64,000 nt of DNA, from the NCBI GenBank assembly GCA_964019335.1, contig OZ025715.1:62001-126000 (forward strand), given 5' to 3'. This document shows, piece by piece, positions 54,055-64,000 of this stretch. The notes beneath the pieces were generated by a model. It was not told the DNA's origin. It worked only from the letters and a program-made list of their open reading frames with translations, and ran no database searches. Positions within the stretch are counted from its first letter, which is position 1. Every line of letters starts with the position of its first letter. Position numbers and translations under genes: made by a program. Source of the stretch: Diplonema japonicum (Eukaryota > Protista > Euglenozoa: Diplonemea).

Positions 54055-55106
54055 CTGACCCCACTAGATTGCTCCCAAAGTTTTTACTATCATTGACAAG
54101 AGAAACTCGGGGAGGGAAAGAACAACCAACAAGGGCAGTGCCCTACGCAACACTATCTACTTCAGGCTAGACAGAAAAGAAAAAAAAAGGGGGTAAAAAA
54201 AAAAAGTGGGATATTAAAAAGTCAAGGGACGCTCTTTCCCTTGAATTTTTTTATTATTATTATTATTTTTTTCTTTTTTTTTTTTTTCTGTATCTCTTTA
54301 TTTTATCCATACTGTAAAAGCGAGAAAAAAAAAAAAAAAAAGAAAAAAAAAAGGCTAAGCGCCAGATCCTTTTACAGTATTTATTTCCCCCTAACGAGAA
54401 AGTAAGAGGACCCTCCCCCACCTCTTTGCCTCTACCAACAAACAAGGGGTTTTTAAATCACCCTGAGTTACTTAATATAACAGACCTACCTTCAAAGAAT
54501 TCCCCACCACCTCCCCACGAGGGGGCCTAAAGGAACAAAGTCAAAAATGTACGGAAATATTCTACAAGGCCGTAGGGTTTATGACTGCCTAAACAACAAG
54601 AAGAGAGGGAGGGGGGAGAAAAATAAAAAAGGAAACACACAGCTCTCTTTCTCTTTCCCTCTCTCGCAGCTATCTATTCTTATCTATTTTTTTTTTTTTT
54701 TTTTTTTCCCGGGTGGAGTGCTAACTTGACCCCCAATATTTCAAAAAAAAAAAAAAAAAAAGTACTCAAAGTCAGCCCCCCTAGTTTTGTTTCCTTCTTA
54801 AAGCCTTTTGCTCTGCCACACGTGATGTTTCCAAGAATCTAAATCCTCAGAAGCACGATGGGGAGTGCTGGGTTGGCTGCCTTTAGGTCATCGAAGTATG
54901 GAGAGCACGTTGTGTGGGCACTGGATGCCGTTAAGCGTCTCTAGCAAGCTTCAGGCAAAACTAAGGGAGTTGATGTGGAGCATATCCGCGAACTTAGGGG
55001 TCAAGTTAGCAGTTTTCTTATTATTATTATTATTATTATTATTTTTTTTTTTTTTTTTTTTTTTTTCGTTCTACGAGTCTGAACCACATTCAAGACCGAT
55101 GGAATT

Positions 55107-55137
<31 letters not shown>

Positions 55138-55915
55138 AAAAACGAAGGAAATTAGTTTTCCTTTGGTCCCTCCCCCTGCCCCGCCCCTGCCCTGCTGCTC
55201 TGCATTGCACTGCCCTTTCGACACGGCTTTTCAAAAAAAAAAAAAAGAAAAGAAAAGAAAAAAAAGAGGGGAAAAAAAAAGGGAAAAAAGAAGGCATGAA
55301 GAAGAGGAGGTAGGTTGGCCTAGACACTGCCGCCCACTAAGAAAGGGATATTTAGAGGGATGGGGTGGAAAAGTATACTCGCTTCAATTTGCTCCCCCCT
55401 GCTGGTACTTCCTTTATCTTTCTTTGGGGGGAGGGAACAGGTGTCATTCTTTTGCCCTTTCACAGTGCCATTAGGTAACCTCAAAAAAAAAAAAGGCTTT
55501 CTTTTTCTTTTTTTCTTTCCCCCTGCCTTTTTCTGAAGCTTTTTTTTTTTTTACCAGCGAAAAAGTAATAACAAGCCGGAGGGGTAGGAGGCATCCTACC
55601 TCTCTTTTAACATCAGTCCAATTTTTTATTTGCCCCTCCCTTCTCTCGTGTACTCCCCCTGAAGTTACCACGCCCAAAATAATAACCTTTTCCTTTTTTT
55701 TTTCTTTCTTTTTTTTTTCCCTTCTTCCCTCCCTTTTTTTTTTTTTTTTTTTATTCGCTCGCTATCTATAACAACAAGTGGGAAAAGAAATTTTTTTTTA
55801 TCTGCTTTTTTTCTTTTTTCTTTTTTTTTTTTTTTTTTTTTTCCCTTGAAACAAATATAAACAACAAAAAAAAGGGGGGGGGAAGAACGACCAGCCCAAC
55901 AAAAAAAAAAAAAAA

Positions 55916-57379
55916 ATGCTGTTCTTTATAGCCCTCGCATCGCTACTCGGAATCGCTGTCACCGAAACCACGACGAAAAAACCATTGAAAGTGGTGAGTT
56001 ACGACTGCGAGGGTTTCAGCAGCGAAGAAAATGGCGGCTTCACAGACGACCTATGGAGGGTGCTCTCAGGACGGCTGGTCAAAGGAGGCGAGTGGTCCGT
56101 GAACCAAGTACAATGGACCACCAAGAACGCGTTATTGGACGGAAACAGTACATTCGACGTTCTGCTCGGGTGCGTGGGTGCCGAGGATGGACATGTAACC
56201 ACCACCTTTGACGTCACCACTCCTTTCTACGAATCCGCCGTTGGCGTATTACTAAAACGGCCTTCCTCCATACCATCCAAGCTAGACACCTTGTTCCTCG
56301 TTGTCTTAAAGTACATGACACTCATCGCAGTTGCCATCACTGCCTACGCACACATTCTGACTCTGCTTCCGTTTATTGAATCACGAAAGAAATTCACGGA
56401 AACCCCAATTCTGCGAACCGTTATGGACGCGCTTACCGAAGCTGTTAAAACCTCTTTCCTCGTTGAACAGACTACTCATCAAACTGCATTTAGAAGATTT
56501 TTACAAATAGTGATGTTTTTCGTGTGCACGGGTTTGGGGACAATGTGCATGGCTGCAATGACTGCGGAACTGGTCACAAATGTGGTGATCGACCATCCAA
56601 GAGACTTGTCGTACAAAAGGGTCTTGGCAATCGATGAACGGGGTATAAGGTACGCCAGAGAAATTAAATCTGAATTAAAAACCGGAGACGGTGGCGATTC
56701 ACTCCAGCTGTTGACAGACGGCGGTGTTGACGGTGTTGTGGGCGAGATCCCGAACCTTTTCAATTTGGTGAAGCACGCTTCGTCATCGCTGTCTGGGGTG
56801 TACATCCACCCTGCGAGGGTCCGCCCTTTTAGCCTGAGTCTTGTCGTGCAAAAAAACTCCGACCTTCGCGATATCTTATCCAGAAAGATTTCAGAATGGC
56901 GGGAGGAAGGCGGTACAGAAGCCCTTGCTCAAAAATATTTCGGGATGGATATTGTGTCAGGGTACACCAGCTCATCTCCGCATTCTACCAACACGGCGTT
57001 CATCATTGCAGGTGCTGTTGTGGGGGCGCAGGTACTGGTGTATGCTGTGCTGGTGTTTCTCCCTTCGAAAACTCGTTCCGGCTCGGTGCTGTACAAGCCC
57101 ACCACGCAGCGGCACGATATTCTTCAGTGCATCGCACAGCTGACCGCATTGTTATCAACACAAGACGACCCCCGTGCTGTGAACACTGCTGTAAAGTCTC
57201 TTACGGTCCTGCTTGCTTCTCTGTCCGATACATTGGACACACCTTGTGTCAAAGGGAAGTCGAACGACACGCTTATCGACAATGAAACCGAACCCGATGC
57301 TCATGAGGACGCACACTTACCAAACACGGCAACTGAAACACAACGAGCGGACGAAGCGGCTGGGCTGCATCAGTTTTAA
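55916..57379 (+). CDS. Ionotropic-receptor-like protein (GluR0/iGluR topology: S1-M1-P-M3-S2-M4)
   Basis: Signal peptide; FDVTTPFYESAVGVLLK (S1 end); TM segments; MAAMTAELVT (M3-like); VDGVVGE and LVVQKNSDLRDILSRKI...EGG...LAQKYFG (S2); an extra TM. Confidence 0.75.
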   Translation: MLFFIALASLLGIAVTETTTKKPLKVVSYDCEGFSSEENGGFTDDLWRVLSGRLVKGGEWSVNQVQWTTKNALLDGNSTFDVLLGCVGAEDGHVTTTFDVTTPFYESAVGVLLKRPSSIPSKLDTLFLVVLKYMTLIAVAITAYAHILTLLPFIESRKKFTETPILRTVMDALTEAVKTSFLVEQTTHQTAFRRFLQIVMFFVCTGLGTMCMAAMTAELVTNVVIDHPRDLSYKRVLAIDERGIRYAREIKSELKTGDGGDSLQLLTDGGVDGVVGEIPNLFNLVKHASSSLSGVYIHPARVRPFSLSLVVQKNSDLRDILSRKISEWREEGGTEALAQKYFGMDIVSGYTSSSPHSTNTAFIIAGAVVGAQVLVYAVLVFLPSKTRSGSVLYKPTTQRHDILQCIAQLTALLSTQDDPRAVNTAVKSLTVLLASLSDTLDTPCVKGKSNDTLIDNETEPDAHEDAHLPNTATETQRADEAAGLHQF

Positions 57380-57533
57380 GAAGAAAAAAAAAAAAACCCT
57401 TCCGGGTTTTTTTTTGGGGGGGTAAAAAAAATCCATTTTTTTCTCTTTTTTTTTTTCCCCCCGTGAATCGAGGAAAAAAAAAAACAAAAAAAGAGGTGAG
57501 GGGGAGGGGGGGGGGGGGGGAAGGAAAAAAAAT

Positions 57534-58622
57534 ATGCCGTCACCATTCGTAGCTTCTGATCCAATGCGGCATGAATTGTATTGGGATGCGAGTTCTTTCT
57601 CCGGATTGAGTACTCGGCCAGGGACAACGCATTACGAAGGCAGCGTGGCCAGATTCCCGGGTTTCACAGCACAATGTGTGGCGAGTATTGTCGCGCAGCA
57701 GGACGACTCGGCGGAGTTCCCACTCCACGAGGCCGGACGGTACGTGGTCATCCCGCAGACGGCAGACGTCGACGAGGGTATCATAGTTGCCCTGGCAGGG
57801 ATGAGCATAGACAGCGCAGTGTCGATGTGGTACCAGGTGGTTGCAACGGGTAAAACGGAACACGCGATCCCTTCCATTACAATACATAGTAAAAGGTTAA
57901 TGCAGTGGAAGCAATACGCTGTGTGGGTTGTCCACCCTGACCCGTTGTCGCACCCCGACGAAGCAGCTGCTTTTATATCCGCAGCTATCGACACAGTCCC
58001 ACACAATATATTACAGCACAATGCAATGGTGCCTGTTGCAGAAGTTTTGTCACCGTCAGTCCCACTGCCCAGAGAAGTGTTTCACTCACCCGAACCAGTT
58101 AAGCTTAGTTTGGACACTATGAAAATCGAAGGGAAGCGGAATGAACCTATAATGGATGATAAGGGCGTTGTTGCGATTGTTAAGAAATCCGATGCGAACG
58201 TCGACCTGCCGAGCACGCCGATCTTGGAGAACAAAGTCGCTTTTGAAAGGAACGACAGGGCCAAGACGATCGAGTCGCTGCTTTTTGATGAGCCGAAGGC
58301 GAACGATTTTAGTTCGGTTAGTGGGGCGAAAGTTCCCCGGGTAGTGCCAGTGATGCCTGCTCCGGTTGCAACCTTCACCACCATACCTTTCATGGTGCAG
58401 AAGAACATCTCACCTGCACGGACGCGGCCGATTACCCCAGCCGTTCAACTGCCCGTTCAACTGCCCGTGCTTCCAAATCTCCCAACCAGCCCTTTACATG
58501 TGAAATCAGGGCCCAAATTATCCCCACGGGCCCCTCCTGTAGCGACCCTGACATCTCAGCGTGCCAAAGAGCTTGTCACCGCACACTTGCAGAAGGGTGG
58601 CAATGTTGTAGATCTGTTGTAA
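57534..58622 (+). CDS. Hypothetical protein with Pro-rich C-terminus
   Basis: 362-aa ORF bounded by A-runs. Confidence 0.7.
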   Translation: MPSPFVASDPMRHELYWDASSFSGLSTRPGTTHYEGSVARFPGFTAQCVASIVAQQDDSAEFPLHEAGRYVVIPQTADVDEGIIVALAGMSIDSAVSMWYQVVATGKTEHAIPSITIHSKRLMQWKQYAVWVVHPDPLSHPDEAAAFISAAIDTVPHNILQHNAMVPVAEVLSPSVPLPREVFHSPEPVKLSLDTMKIEGKRNEPIMDDKGVVAIVKKSDANVDLPSTPILENKVAFERNDRAKTIESLLFDEPKANDFSSVSGAKVPRVVPVMPAPVATFTTIPFMVQKNISPARTRPITPAVQLPVQLPVLPNLPTSPLHVKSGPKLSPRAPPVATLTSQRAKELVTAHLQKGGNVVDLL

Positions 58623-58692
58623 AAAAAAAAAAAAAGAAATTGTTGCGCTGAATGATTTTTATGAAAAGGACAAAAAAAAAAAGAAGAAAAAA

Positions 58693-60680
58693 ATGTCGCT
58701 CAGAACAATCCTCCCTGAACTTGTTGAAGGGAAGAAGTTCGACGCGCTTGACGAGCCGAGCAAAATCGTGCTGCTCGAAGGCTTGCTCTCCGAGGACACG
58801 CCAATGACGGTTCGCGCGTCGATCCTAACACTGCTGACACAAGGGGTGACACCTGATCAAGTAAACTTCGTAGCGAAGGTGATGCAGGCCAAGGCGGTCC
58901 CCTGCGAGGTGGAGGGCGACGTCTGCGACATAGTAGGGACAGGCGGCGACATGAAGAACACCTTAAACATCTCAACACCCGCTTCCATCATAGCAGCTTC
59001 AATGGGCATGCGTGTGACAAAACACGGAGGACGGAGCGCCTCGGCTGCATCTGGGTCCGCAGACGTTGCGGAACACCTGGGCGGGAATTTAATGCTGGAC
59101 TCAGCACAGGTAAGCGATGTGGTAAAGTCCTGCGGGTATTGTTTCATCTTTGCACCAGCTTTCCAGCCCGCCTTGAAACCCTTGGTGACGGTGCGGAAAG
59201 AGCTCGGGTTCAAAACCGTGTTCAACCTGACGGGAACGCTGCTGAACCCCACCAGGCCTCGATACATGATTCTTGGAGTTGGTTTCAAAGACAAAATCGA
59301 GACAATGGTGGCTGCCCTGTCGAAGCAAAAAAACCTGAAATGCTTGGTGGTACACTCTACAGACGGGATGGACAAGATCTCCCCCGCTGTGCCCACGCAC
59401 TCGTGGATGGTGGAAAGCGACAAGGAACCTGTCTACACGCTTTTAAAACCGGAAGACTTCGGTCTAGAACCCCATTCCAACGAATATTTCTCCGGGGGTG
59501 GTGGTCCCATTGAGAACTCTGCCATTGTGCTGTCCATGCTCCAAGGAACAGCTTCTGAAGAAATCAATAATTTTGTTTATGTTCACGCTGCGGCCTTGGC
59601 GTACGTCAGCGGTCACGCCGACACCTTGAAGTCCGGAATGGAGCTGGTACGCAAAGCCGTCTCCGAGGGGAAGCCCCTTGAATGCCTTGACAACTTCGTC
59701 CGCACCTCGACTCAGATCGCAAAGGGGAAGTCAACAGACATCTTGGCACGCATCCTCAAGCGGCGGTCTGTGGACGTATTATACTCTCAACAACAAGCGT
59801 CCTTTGAAACCCTTGAGGCAGCTGCCCAAGCTGCCATGGAATCCCACCCGCCCATCTCTCTTTCCGAACGGATCACGTCCCACCCCCACTCCGTGGGCGT
59901 CTGTGCCGAGCTCAAGCGCGCCTCCCCGTCTGAAGGCGACATCTCCACAGCGCCCATCCTTCCCCTTGCCGCTGCCTATGCGTCAGCTAACGTGCAGGTG
60001 ATTTCCGTGCTTACAGAGCCTGTTTGGTTCAAGGGCACATTGGACGATTTGAAAAATGTGAGGGAAGAGGTACGTTTACATTTTTTTTTTTTTTTTTGTT
60101 TTGAAAAAAAAAAACAGGTATCGTCAAATGAAACCCGTCCAGCTGTCTTGCGGAAGGATTTCATTTTTACGAAATACCAGGTATCCCCTTTTTTTTTTTG
60201 AGAGAAAGGAGAAAAAAAAATTTTTTTTTTTTATTTCAGGTCCTCGAGGCGCGTTCCAATGGAGCCGACACACTGCTTCTCATCGTCGCAGCCAGCGAGA
60301 CTATGAAGGAGCATGGCGAGAGCCTGAAGAGTTTGATAGAGTACAGCAGGAAGTGGGGAATGGAACCCTTGGTGGAAGTTGTGACCGAAGAAGAAGTGGA
60401 CGCAGCTGTTGCTGCCGGTGCAAAGGTCATCGGCATCAACAACAGAGATCTCAAGACCTTCAAGGTGGACTTGAACAGGACAGGGGTCCTCATTGACTAC
60501 GCCAACGCACACCACCCTGCCCAGGCGGGCAACATCAGCTGGATCGCTTTGAGTGGTGTTTCGACCACAGAACACGTAGCGAACCTTAAGAAGCAAAAGG
60601 CCACTGCAGTGCTCGTAGGCACCTCCCTCATGCGGTCTGCTGACCCGGCCGCCATGATAGGTGCTTGGCAGAAGATTTAG
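58693..60680 (+). CDS. trpD-trpC: Fused anthranilate phosphoribosyltransferase - indole-3-glycerol-phosphate synthase (introns 60070-60117, 60181-60239)
   Basis: TrpD motifs DIVGTGGD, NISTPAS, KHGGRSAS and GSADV. TrpC motifs AELKRASPSEG, ISVLTEP.WFKG, LRKDFI...YQ|VLEAR, LVEV, IGINNRDL and VLVGTSLMR. Confidence 0.93.
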
Positions 60681-61052
60681 GGATCTGTTCTTGGTAAAGA
60701 AGGAGAAAAAAAAAAAAAAAAAGAAGGGAGAGGGAAACATGGGACCGACTTTTTTTTGCAGCGCTTTCCACCAGACGCTCGTCTTCCCACCTCTCCCTTT
60801 TCTTCTTTATTTTTTTTTTTTTTTTTGCTTTCTCTTGTAACGTCTCGTTTTTTTTTTTTTTCCTTTTTTTTTTTTTTTTTTTCCTCCAAGTTTTTCTTTT
60901 TTATTATATACAGCTACGACGTCCTGGACAGGACGCAGGTAAAAGGTACGGGTACGGGGAATTACCTGATTCTGGCAGAAATTAAGAAATCAGTTAGTGC
61001 ACTCTTTGCGTAATTTAGGACGCCACAGCCACTCCACTCAGCAACTCGCTCA

Positions 61053-61150
61053 GGGCCTAAGGCACTACCACGATAGAAGGGATCAAACGCAAAATGAGTC
61101 GATTGTCGTTAGGAGATCTGTCACATACTGCAGGTTCCCTTCAATGACAT
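61053..61150 (+). repeat. Dispersed repeat shared with 18892-18990
   Basis: GGGCCTAAGG.ACTACCA.GA.AGAAGGGATCAAAC...GATTGTCGTTAGG...TACTGCAGGTTCCCT is present at both loci. Confidence 0.85.
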
Positions 61151-61635
61151 TTATTTTTTTATTTATTTATTGGAACCAGCGTCTGTCTGTCTGTCTATCT
61201 GTGAGACCCCCTCCCCCCCCTCCCCCTTTCCCTTCCTCTTCTTTTCTGTTCTCCGAGTAAACAGATGCCTTTTAGGGAGGAAAAAAAAAAGAAAAGGAAA
61301 AAGAAAAGAAGAGTGAAGAGAGAATTGATTCGCAATTTTCTTCTTCTTCTTTTCATGGCTAGCTTTTTTTTCTAATTCTTTTTTTCGTGCAAGATGCCTG
61401 GGGTGTGATGCGCCCTACGGCGCTAGGGAAGGGACCAGCATCCTCCTGCAACATACTATTTGGCGCACGCCGACTACAGAGCAGTCAACGCCAACCGCAT
61501 ATGGCTAGTGCAAGACAATTTTAGCTTGTCTAGATACAAGGAGCTCCACCTGATGTTTGCAGATATTGCAGGCTACACTCTGGGAAGCAGGTATTGGGAT
61601 CAGCGTCTGTCTGTGAGACCCCAGTTCCTTTCCCC

Positions 61636-61675
<40 letters not shown>

Positions 61676-61807
61676 CTTTTTCTCCGAGTAAACAACTGCC
61701 TTTAAGAGAAGGGGGGGAAGAAAAAAGAAGAAGAAGAGTGAGAGAATTGATTCACTTTTTTTTTTTTTTTTTTTTTTTCTCTTCTCTTTTCACAGCTTTT
61801 TCTATAA

Positions 61808-62837
61808 CCCCTAAACGCCCGGAGCCTATCTACGGTACCCCCCCCCCCCCCATTTTCGTTGTTGCTATAAACTACTCAAAAAAAGGGCAGCATGCAACCA
61901 TAGGAATGGGTCGACAGTACGCATGACTAGGTCCTGTGTTGTGGACTTCTTGCTGAAAATGTTGAAATTCGCCGGGTAACCGTTTTATGAGTCGCATGTA
62001 GCGATTACCTTGATGCCCACCGAGTTGTTTTTTCGTGGTTCCATGACTTTTATTGTTGTCGGGATAACACTGTCGTCAACAGACAACCACTTGCCAGGGG
62101 TCCGCACAGTCCTACACCGGTTGACAATGATGTCAAGAAACCTGCGCATGAGGTGCAGTTTCAGGCCTTACTGATGTTTTCCAGGTTGTCAAAGGTGAGG
62201 TAGTGCTGTATGTCAACGAATCGGTTTGCTCATTTTCTCAAGAGCCGGGATGGTTAAAATAGAATCTGTTGTCCAGTAGCTCTTCATGTTCGGTGCCGAG
62301 CGTAAACCCATTAACAGGACCAACCCAAGCCAAATTTTGTACTCTGGGATGGAAAGATTCAGATTCCGCTGTTTTTTTGAACCGAAACGACCGTTCGTGG
62401 AAGATACTATGAGCTCAAGTACCGCGTGTGTAAAAAAAAAGATTAAAAACACCCTCCTCATTGGCCGCTTCACCTAGAGGTGTCCAACGCCCACCTTTTC
62501 ACGGAAATGATATGCTCCAGGCCTTTGGGAGTATTTCTCCCACCCAAGCATGGTTTCCGGCCCCTCTTTGACCGCCTCATCGTCTTTTTCTTCTTTATCT
62601 GACCAGTCGGGGGAGACTCACGTTTTCGCTGCTATTTTGACCATCTGATTTCATTTTAAGTCAACCCTGCCGGTTTCAATTAAAACAAAACTTTTAACAA
62701 AATGTAGTTTCAAGACAAAATAAACCGCGCAACAATGCCATATTTTGAAGTCCAGGGGCCGTGTTCAAAAAAAAAGTACTTAGCGAAAAAGCAAATTTTG
62801 AAATAAGGACAAAAACGTCCGCGCGGGCATTTAGGGG
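61808..62837 (-). mobile_element. piggyBac internal-deletion derivative (copy 3, both TIRs, ATAA duplication)
   Basis: ATAA|CCCCTAAACGCCCG ... CGGGCATTTAGGGG|ATAA. Minus-strand transposase piece EYKIWLGLVLLMGLRSAPNMKSYW. Confidence 0.92.
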
Positions 62838-62866
62838 ATAAAAAAAATTCTCAGGGAGGGGAGGGG

Positions 62867-62901
<35 letters not shown>

Positions 62902-63900
62902 ATGACCGAAACCCTGGAATGGCGGCATCTTCCGAAGCCCCACGCGGAAGCCCTGCGAGAGTGTGGTGTTGCAGGAGACAAAGAACGGCTGGTTAACGAG
63001 ATGGAAGGGAGGCTGGACTTCGAGTCGCTGAGCGGAGCAGGCCTTGTAGGGGGCAACAGATACAAACGGCTAGGGGAAGCTGGAAGGGAAGAGGTAGCAG
63101 CCGGGATGGAAAAGATTGGCTACGCCAATATCGCAGAAACAGTGCGAGGCAAGAGGCTCGACGGAAAGGCACTGCAAGAAGCTGAAGAAACCGAAATCCT
63201 GACATTGCTGGGGCTCCCGCATGACGCAAACGCAGCAAATATACTGAGAAAGCTCAGAACCAACAAAGCTTTCGCGGATCTAACCCTCTACGAGGGGACT
63301 ACGGAAAGGAGCCGTGTTGATTGCTTGTTGGACTTGTTTTCCGATTTAGTCCGCTTTGCAGTCTCGGAAGAGCTCACTGCCAGTGCCCTATCTGTCCTCT
63401 GGTCGATCCTCTGGGAGGTCCATTCCACTTCAATGCAACATAAACTTCCGCCTTCAAACAGCACCAGCATCTTCCACACCCTCTTGACCACCCACTCCGT
63501 CCATACTCCTCCTTACGGGCAAAAACTCATAGACCGTAAGTTAGTCCCGTGTATAAAGGCGTTCTTCAATGAAGTATATTTTTCGCAGTACTCTTTTCTG
63601 CTTCAGGTGTATACCTCTGTGGATGTGGTTGATTTTGAGGCGGCCCGGCCTTCTCCTGTGATGCAGCCGCCTGTTCCCGTTCCTTTGAGAAAATCCCTGC
63701 CTTTGGCTGTCAGAGAGCAGCAGGATAAGGAGAAGGAGGAGGCGCAGTTGAAGGAGGAGTCCGAACGAAAGGCGCGGCCCCCTTCCCCGTCGGTGGCGTT
63801 GAAGAATCAGATTTCAGAACTGAGAACATCGGTGCAAAAAGCAGCAGAGGGCGACATAGAAGGTCTGGAGGACCGCATCGCAATGCTGGAGCTGGCGTAG
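62902..63900 (+). CDS. CFAP119/CCDC189-like (CLAMP domain) flagellar protein with SAM-like N-terminal region
   Basis: LLDLFSDLVRFA...LSVLWSILWEVH...HSVHTPPYG...FFNEVYFSQYSF motif pattern; C-terminal coil. Confidence 0.75.
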   Translation: MTETLEWRHLPKPHAEALRECGVAGDKERLVNEMEGRLDFESLSGAGLVGGNRYKRLGEAGREEVAAGMEKIGYANIAETVRGKRLDGKALQEAEETEILTLLGLPHDANAANILRKLRTNKAFADLTLYEGTTERSRVDCLLDLFSDLVRFAVSEELTASALSVLWSILWEVHSTSMQHKLPPSNSTSIFHTLLTTHSVHTPPYGQKLIDRKLVPCIKAFFNEVYFSQYSFLLQVYTSVDVVDFEAARPSPVMQPPVPVPLRKSLPLAVREQQDKEKEEAQLKEESERKARPPSPSVALKNQISELRTSVQKAAEGDIEGLEDRIAMLELA

Positions 63901-64000
63901 TTTTCTTTTTTCTTTCCCCTACCCCCCCCTGCATAAAGATAATAAGAAGCAAGAAATAAGCAAAAACATCTTTTGCAAAAAAAGTTTTTTTTATAATATT

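Noticed and set aside
54857-55012. Coding-like fragment MGSAGLAAFRSSKYGEHVVWALDAVKRL*QASG...
   Set aside because: Short, has an internal stop and no recognisable homology.
61402-61505. Second possible HDV-like fold (GGTGTG/CATACT, GCA-TCCTCC-TGC, TTGGCG/CGCCAA)
   Set aside because: No GG for P1.1, L3 only 6 nt, weak P2 and atypical J4/2. At best a decayed relic.

Overview
Eukaryotic nuclear DNA, most likely a diplonemid-like euglenozoan. This is inferred from about 24 protein genes all on the + strand (polycistronic-type layout), a GPI with an N-terminal extension and PTS1 (-SHL), and GT(AT)-AG introns. Genes are compact. Spacers are full of A/T/G/C homopolymers, many start codons sit directly behind a poly(A) run, and the 10 introns I could resolve are 37-65 nt and mostly A-rich before the AG. 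Housekeeping genes include GPI, a TrpD-TrpC fusion, an SLC35A and an SLC7 transporter, a TKL kinase, a 5-RRM protein, an Elongin-B-like protein, cytochrome b5, a BMT5-like methyltransferase and a CFAP119-like protein. Bacterial-looking genes include a 1475-aa secreted lectin/GSDH protein, an LRR-coiled-coil protein with about 8 adhesin-type repeats and a GluR0-like channel. Mobile DNA includes three differently deleted piggyBac copies, a TTA-flanked TIR element carrying tRNA-like Pol III boxes, several MITEs, and hAT and possible non-LTR remnants. The best find is a 326-nt element present twice in direct orientation (47713-48038, 50417-50742). Its first nucleotide starts a complete HDV-like self-cleaving ribozyme fold, and the two copies bracket two genes in a retrozyme-like arrangement. 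A 200-N gap lies at 36706-36905.
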